From: Geosiphon pyriformis uo1
Taxonomy: Eukaryota > Fungi > Glomeromycota
Length of the DNA stretch: 40,737 nt
Assembly (NCBI GenBank): GCA_016748015.1
Contig: JAAOMT010000578.1
Coordinates: 56,329-97,065 of the forward strand
Reading direction: 5' to 3'
Made by a program: the position numbers and the translations under genes. Under the pieces are notes generated by a model that was not told the DNA's origin, searched no databases, and saw only the letters and a list, made by a program, of their open reading frames with translations. Positions 35,079 through 40,737 of this stretch are shown here, in pieces (the first letter of the stretch is position 1; the number at the start of each line of letters is the position of its first letter).

Positions 35079-38000
35079 TTTTTATGTAATGTGATATTAA
35101 TTTAATGTGTAATTGATGCTTGAACAAAATTAAAGAATTTAAACCATGTAATATTGTACAACAAAATTGTATTACAATAAAAATAGTGTTTTTAACTCAG
35201 ATATATATCTATTTTTTAAATCTTTTTGGTTTCAATTTAAACTTTAATTTCTGTTTTGTAGTTCTAAATAAGAAGCAATTAAAAAAAGCTTTTTTAGCAT
35301 TCATCAAAAAAAAATTTTTATTGGGATTAAGAAGATTATCTAAGTTGAAAATTCAGATAACATTAATAAAAATAGTTATCACAAAAATTTTTTCGACTTA
35401 TGACAAAGAATTTGGGCAAAAAAGTCTAATATTGATAATTAAACAACCAACTCAAAAAAAATTCAATTTTCAAATTAAAGCCGATTTCTCAAAGCTGATG
35501 AAAAATTTATTGCAAATGATTGTTGATTAAAAAGATAATAGATAAGAATATTTGAAATAGATTTCAATTTTAGTATTATAGCTTAGTTGTGACTTCTCAT
35601 TTTCATATTTAGTAGTCAATGTTACCAGTAGAATTTTAGTTATTAATTAACATAAAATTACTCTTATAATTTCTATTATTAATTAGTATATATTATTATT
35701 ATATTAATTATTAAATATTATTATTTAATTAATTAATAACCTAATTTGTATCATAGAAATTAAGATGATCAAATTACACAATACTCTGAATCATTTAACA
35801 TAGTCAAAATTCACAAAAATTAATAAAAATTGGCCAAAATAATTAATAATTTAGAGAAATAATTTGTAGTTTGCCAAAATGTATCTTTGGTTTACTAAAA
35901 TTGTAGCAAAGAGAAAAGTGCAAGTTCAAAAACTAGTACTATAATAAGTTGTATAAAAAAAAGCTTTTTTTTTTAAGAAAAAGTATCTTTTTATATCTAA
36001 TCATAGTATCTTACTTTAGATATTTTAATTAGAACAAATTACTTTTTATACATCTCAAATAAAAATTAAATATTCAAAAAACCAAATTCTTTGATTATTA
36101 TACTTGACATTCTCTTAACACAACTAACATTTTGAAATTGATTAACTACCAATTTCAATAATCTGTTGGTAATTTCAGACCTGAATAGAAAACGTTTTCC
36201 TTAACAAAATTCTATTTCTTTTACATTTTTTTTATTTTTATTTTTATTTTATTATAATTTTTGGGATAGCCTACAGATAAGATTCCTGTAAAAGAGTTAA
36301 CTTTTACAGCAAAGTAACTACACATTTTAGTGAGCTTCCAAATGAGCAATTCTTGAGAAAAAGTTGATGTTTATTACAATGTAACTACATAAAATAACTG
36401 GTAAGAAATTGGCTATTCCATTTATAAACTCAGTAGTTTAAATTATAAAAGATAATTTGAAAATAAATTCAGTTATTAGAAGTTTAACTACTTCCAAAAA
36501 ACGTGGATTTACAACAAACAGACATTAATAACATTCAAGAAAAAAAACCAAAAACCTCTGATAATATTGACAATATGCCAAATTATTTATAGATTTACTG
36601 TTTAAAGAAAAATATTTAGAATATTATGATGTAATTAAAGAGCCAAAATTCTTAAACATGATTGAAGTTAGTACTATGTACTTTTTTCCCATCAGTTACT
36701 TAATACTTAACATATGTTTTTTACATTATATTAGTAAAAAATTCGAAAAAAATATTATTCATTTATGAATTTGATTAGGATTTGCAATTGATTTCAAAAA
36801 TGCTATGTATTTTAATAATGATTTACATATTTTTAAAGATGCCAAATTTTTATAAGTAAGAAATTTATTAGATCTTTACAAAAAAATCTGGGTTTTATCT
36901 ATTTAAATTAATATGTTTTATATATTTTTTACATTAAAACAAACTCATTAAAAAATGTAAAACATTAACAAAAAAGAGCTATTCAAGATTATGGACTTTA
37001 AGACAATTTTAGTTCTTTTAATTAAGGTAAAACCAAAAATCTTTCAATTCCAATCTGATTCCTCTAAATTAATACCAACTAATATAGGTTTTTTGATTAC
37101 TGTAATAAGCTATTATATATCATATTCTAATAAGTTGTTGAAATATTCAACAATCGAAATTTTTTTTATAGTTTAGAAAACCAATTTTAAAACTAAATCA
37201 TAATTTAGTCAAATACATGATAGATATTTTAGTTATTATATTTTTTTTTGGTATAATTTATTATTTAAATATTAAATTTAACCAAAAATTTTTATTACAG
37301 AAAATTTTATATATCTCTTAAATTTAAGCAATTTTTTGAAATACAACATTATAGTTATTAAAAGATTATTTATAAATTCAAAGTAAGTATTCACATTATA
37401 ATAAAAATGATACTGGTTAAAATTTTTAAAGTTGCTTATTGTTTTTTACTTCTTATAGATTACAAAAACAGTTTGCAGATTCTTTTTTTTTCAGATCTGA
37501 TTAAATTAATTTTTAATCATAAATACTATTCTTATACTTTATATTTTTAAGCTTTTAATTATTTTTCTCATTAGATGGAACATAATCTATTCTTAAAATT
37601 TTACAAAAAAAAAGTGTTCAAAACATCAGTTATTAAAGAATATATATTATAAGATATTGTAGAAAAATATTATATTATATACATAAAAATTATGTTTGAA
37701 ATATAAAATTTGTTTTGAAATTGTTATATAATTACTGTAAGTTTAATTCTGCAGACTCTATTTATAAGATATTTTGAAAAATTTAATAACAATAATATCT
37801 ATATATGTAAATTTTTATATATAGTGGCATTAAAATTTTTTGCTATTATTAATGATTGGGAAAATAAAGTTAAAAGTCAAAGTTTTGGATAATACAAATA
37901 TCAACCAGTTATATATTTTATCTAATTCAATGATCAAGTTATATGATCAATTGTTTTTGACTATAACATTATCTTATCTAATTTTCTTGACTTATTTTAA

Positions 38001-38976
38001 GACTTTGTTTCAAGATCTCCAAAAAAAACCTCATATTTGTCTGAATTGATGCATTCACATAATAAAAACAAGCATATAAAAGAGAAAACCAACTTTGATA
38101 GAATGCAAATTATTGATTAAACATTAGATAATAATACAGACATTGAACTTTCTATACAAAAAAACCTAAAAATTACATAAAAATCAACAATTATAGTGTT
38201 TACAAAAGCATTTGGCAGACTTTTTTAATCACAGATAAAAACAAATCAGAGATATCTACTAAGCCATCAAAAAGTATTGCCCATTCTGAGACATGTGCTT
38301 CAAATATTAAAGTATATAATACTGTAAAAAAAGATAAGCCATTTATAATTTACTGTATTAAAAAATTAATTGCATTAATTTTTTTCATAAATTTTAAGCT
38401 GTGTCTTTACTTTAAGATATAGGAAAGTAAATAATCAATTTTTTACAATATTTCTTAATACTAAACATTTTATTCATAGTATTACTCTTAGACCAACAGC
38501 CAATCACATCATAATCATTCCAATTTTTGTTTCAAATTTGCTGCTCTTAACACCAAAGCCAGTTGTTTTTGATATTTATTGAGAGGAATACAAGGTTACA
38601 AATAGAGTACAAACAATTTTTTTGATATCTGGTATAAACAATATTAATATCTGGGTTTTTGTTTCGATAATAACAACCAAATATAATAGTAGTATAAATA
38701 GAATATTTATGATTAATAGTGCCATGTTATTAACAGAAAACATATAGACTGAAAGATATTTTATTTTTATAAAAAAATGATTATCTAAAAATTAGATTAA
38801 TATTAATTGAAAGCTTTTTTGAAAATAATAATATTTTGATGATTTATTACATAATAATATAATTTTAATAATTGTTAATTGGCTAAAATTTGATTGATTG
38901 GTATTTGAAAATTAAAGATTAATAATAAAAGTGGTTAATTTTAAACTTTAATAACTTTATAAAATATAATATAATT

Positions 38977-39708
38977 NNNNNNNNNNNNNNNNNNNNNNNN
39001 NNNNNNNNNNNNNNNNNNNNNNNNNNNNNNNNNNNNNNNNNNNNNNNNNNNNNNNNNNNNNNNNNNNNNNNNNNNNNNNNNNNNNNNNNNNNNNNNNNNN
39101 NNNNNNNNNNNNNNNNNNNNNNNNNNNNNNNNNNNNNNNNNNNNNNNNNNNNNNNNNNNNNNNNNNNNNNNNNNNNNNNNNNNNNNNNNNNNNNNNNNNN
39201 NNNNNNNNNNNNNNNNNNNNNNNNNNNNNNNNNNNNNNNNNNNNNNNNNNNNNNNNNNNNNNNNNNNNNNNNNNNNNNNNNNNNNNNNNNNNNNNNNNNN
39301 NNNNNNNNNNNNNNNNNNNNNNNNNNNNNNNNNNNNNNNNNNNNNNNNNNNNNNNNNNNNNNNNNNNNNNNNNNNNNNNNNNNNNNNNNNNNNNNNNNNN
39401 NNNNNNNNNNNNNNNNNNNNNNNNNNNNNNNNNNNNNNNNNNNNNNNNNNNNNNNNNNNNNNNNNNNNNNNNNNNNNNNNNNNNNNNNNNNNNNNNNNNN
39501 NNNNNNNNNNNNNNNNNNNNNNNNNNNNNNNNNNNNNNNNNNNNNNNNNNNNNNNNNNNNNNNNNNNNNNNNNNNNNNNNNNNNNNNNNNNNNNNNNNNN
39601 NNNNNNNNNNNNNNNNNNNNNNNNNNNNNNNNNNNNNNNNNNNNNNNNNNNNNNNNNNNNNNNNNNNNNNNNNNNNNNNNNNNNNNNNNNNNNNNNNNNN
39701 NNNNNNNA
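38977..39708. other. Assembly gap (N run)
   Basis: Run of n. Confidence 1.
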
Positions 39709-40373
39709 AAAAAAAATAATTATTTTTTCAAATTTTAATTAATAAGACAAAAAGTTTTTTTTTATATTTGTTAAATAATAAAAATAAAAATAATTAATTA
39801 ATAATTTTATAAAAAATAAAAATATTAATTTAAAAATTATTAAAACTTAAATATATAAATATATTTAAATAAAAAATTAAATAAGTATTTAAATAAAAAA
39901 TTATTAAATACTTAAATAAAATAAAAAAAAATAGTTTTTTTAATTTATATAGCTTAATATAAGTTTAAATTATTGGTTATATACAAAAAATGTGTAAGTA
40001 ATATTTTTGTTACATATTTTAAGTTTTAATTAAATTATATTTAATTTTTTCCAATTTTAAAACTTACAATTATTTTTACTCTAAAATTATAAAACAAATT
40101 TTATTCAATATTAAAATATATAAAACAATAATAATGTTAATTTAACAAAACAAAAATAATTTTAATGAATATTGCACAATACAATAATTATTAAAGAAAC
40201 AATTATATTATATAGGCATACGGCAGTGGTAAAAACTCTGATTATCATTATAATTTAACAAAGGCGAGTTTGTAAATTTATACTGATAAATCAAAGATCT
40301 GAAACGTCATTGACACGAACCAAACATATATTAGGCCATATCTTCCCAAACCATAACAAACACGCAAAACAGC

Positions 40374-40737
40374 ATGACGAGCGTTGAAGATATTAAACGT
40401 GAATTAGAATACGTAAAGACCCAGTATGGGAGATGCGTGGAGGAGCTGAAGGAGAAGGGTGAGCAGCTGGGTGAAAAGGAAGTTGAGTTACATGACTTGA
40501 AGAAGAATTTGAGACAGAGGAAGTACGAGGACGAAAGCGAAAAGAATTGGTGGTTAGAAGATATGCAAAAGCTAGAAGAAGAAGTGAAGGAGCTAAAATT
40601 AGACAAGAACGAGCTAAGAACGAGTAAAGATAGATGGGAGTTGCAAATGCAAAAATTACAAAATACGTTGATGGAAACAACTAAGACAGGTAACTCGGGC
40701 GTTGGGAAATGGAGTAGGATAAAAAAGTACTTTCTTA
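40374..40737 (+). CDS. 5' part of an apparently intact host gene, E/K-rich coiled-coil protein (MTSVEDIKRELEYVKTQYGRCVEELKEK...); runs off the window, possible intron donor AG/GTAACT at 40690
   Basis: Open from ATG 40374 to the window end with no stop. Heptad-like L/E/K pattern. Normal GC and abundant CpG, unlike the rest of the window. Missed by the ORF track because it has no stop. Confidence 0.75.
   Translation, partial: MTSVEDIKRELEYVKTQYGRCVEELKEKGEQLGEKEVELHDLKKNLRQRKYEDESEKNWWLEDMQKLEEEVKELKLDKNELRTSKDRWELQMQKLQNTLMETTKTGNSGVGKWSRIKKYFL

Noticed and set aside
32790-35530. Terminal inverted repeats for the DDE transposon, and ORF 35120-35530 as a gene
   Set aside because: No convincing inverted pair could be found by eye; the ORF is a TTG-start chance frame in AT-rich DNA.
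36326-36367. F-box gene suggested by FSELPNE
   Set aside because: Seven-residue resemblance followed by a stop; insufficient.
40331-40680. Two minus-strand ORFs at the right edge
   Set aside because: Antisense to the more plausible plus-strand coiled-coil ORF starting at 40374.

Overview
Eukaryotic, very AT-rich, CpG-depleted region made almost entirely of decayed transposons. The protein style suggests an arbuscular-mycorrhizal-type fungus (Glomeromycotina, e.g. Geosiphon), but this is an inference and not proven. Bases 1-28512 are a nest of related Ty3/Gypsy LTR retrotransposons. An old minus-strand element C (5' LTR 27664-28512, running off the left edge) carries two solo LTRs (1032-1953, 4143-4995) and a full-length plus-strand element A (8143-26339, 863-bp LTRs, TSD CCAG). 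A in turn carries element B of a sister family (17293-25310, 850-bp LTRs, TSD ACGG). The elements share an unusual design. One frameshift-free polyprotein apparently starts at AAAAGTGG and runs N-terminal domain - capsid - zinc knuckle - protease - multi-CxxC domain - dUTPase - second dUTPase-like segment - RT - RNase H. After a stop and a short C/A-rich spacer, a separate ATG-initiated integrase ORF follows, with a long uncharacterised C-terminal tail ending at the PPT. Decay is almost purely C>T/G>A with very few indels. To the right lie remnants of a hAT transposase, an APE-RT-RNase H LINE and an IS630/Tc1/mariner-type transposase, two assembly gaps, and the 5' end of an intact CpG-rich coiled-coil host gene at the window edge.
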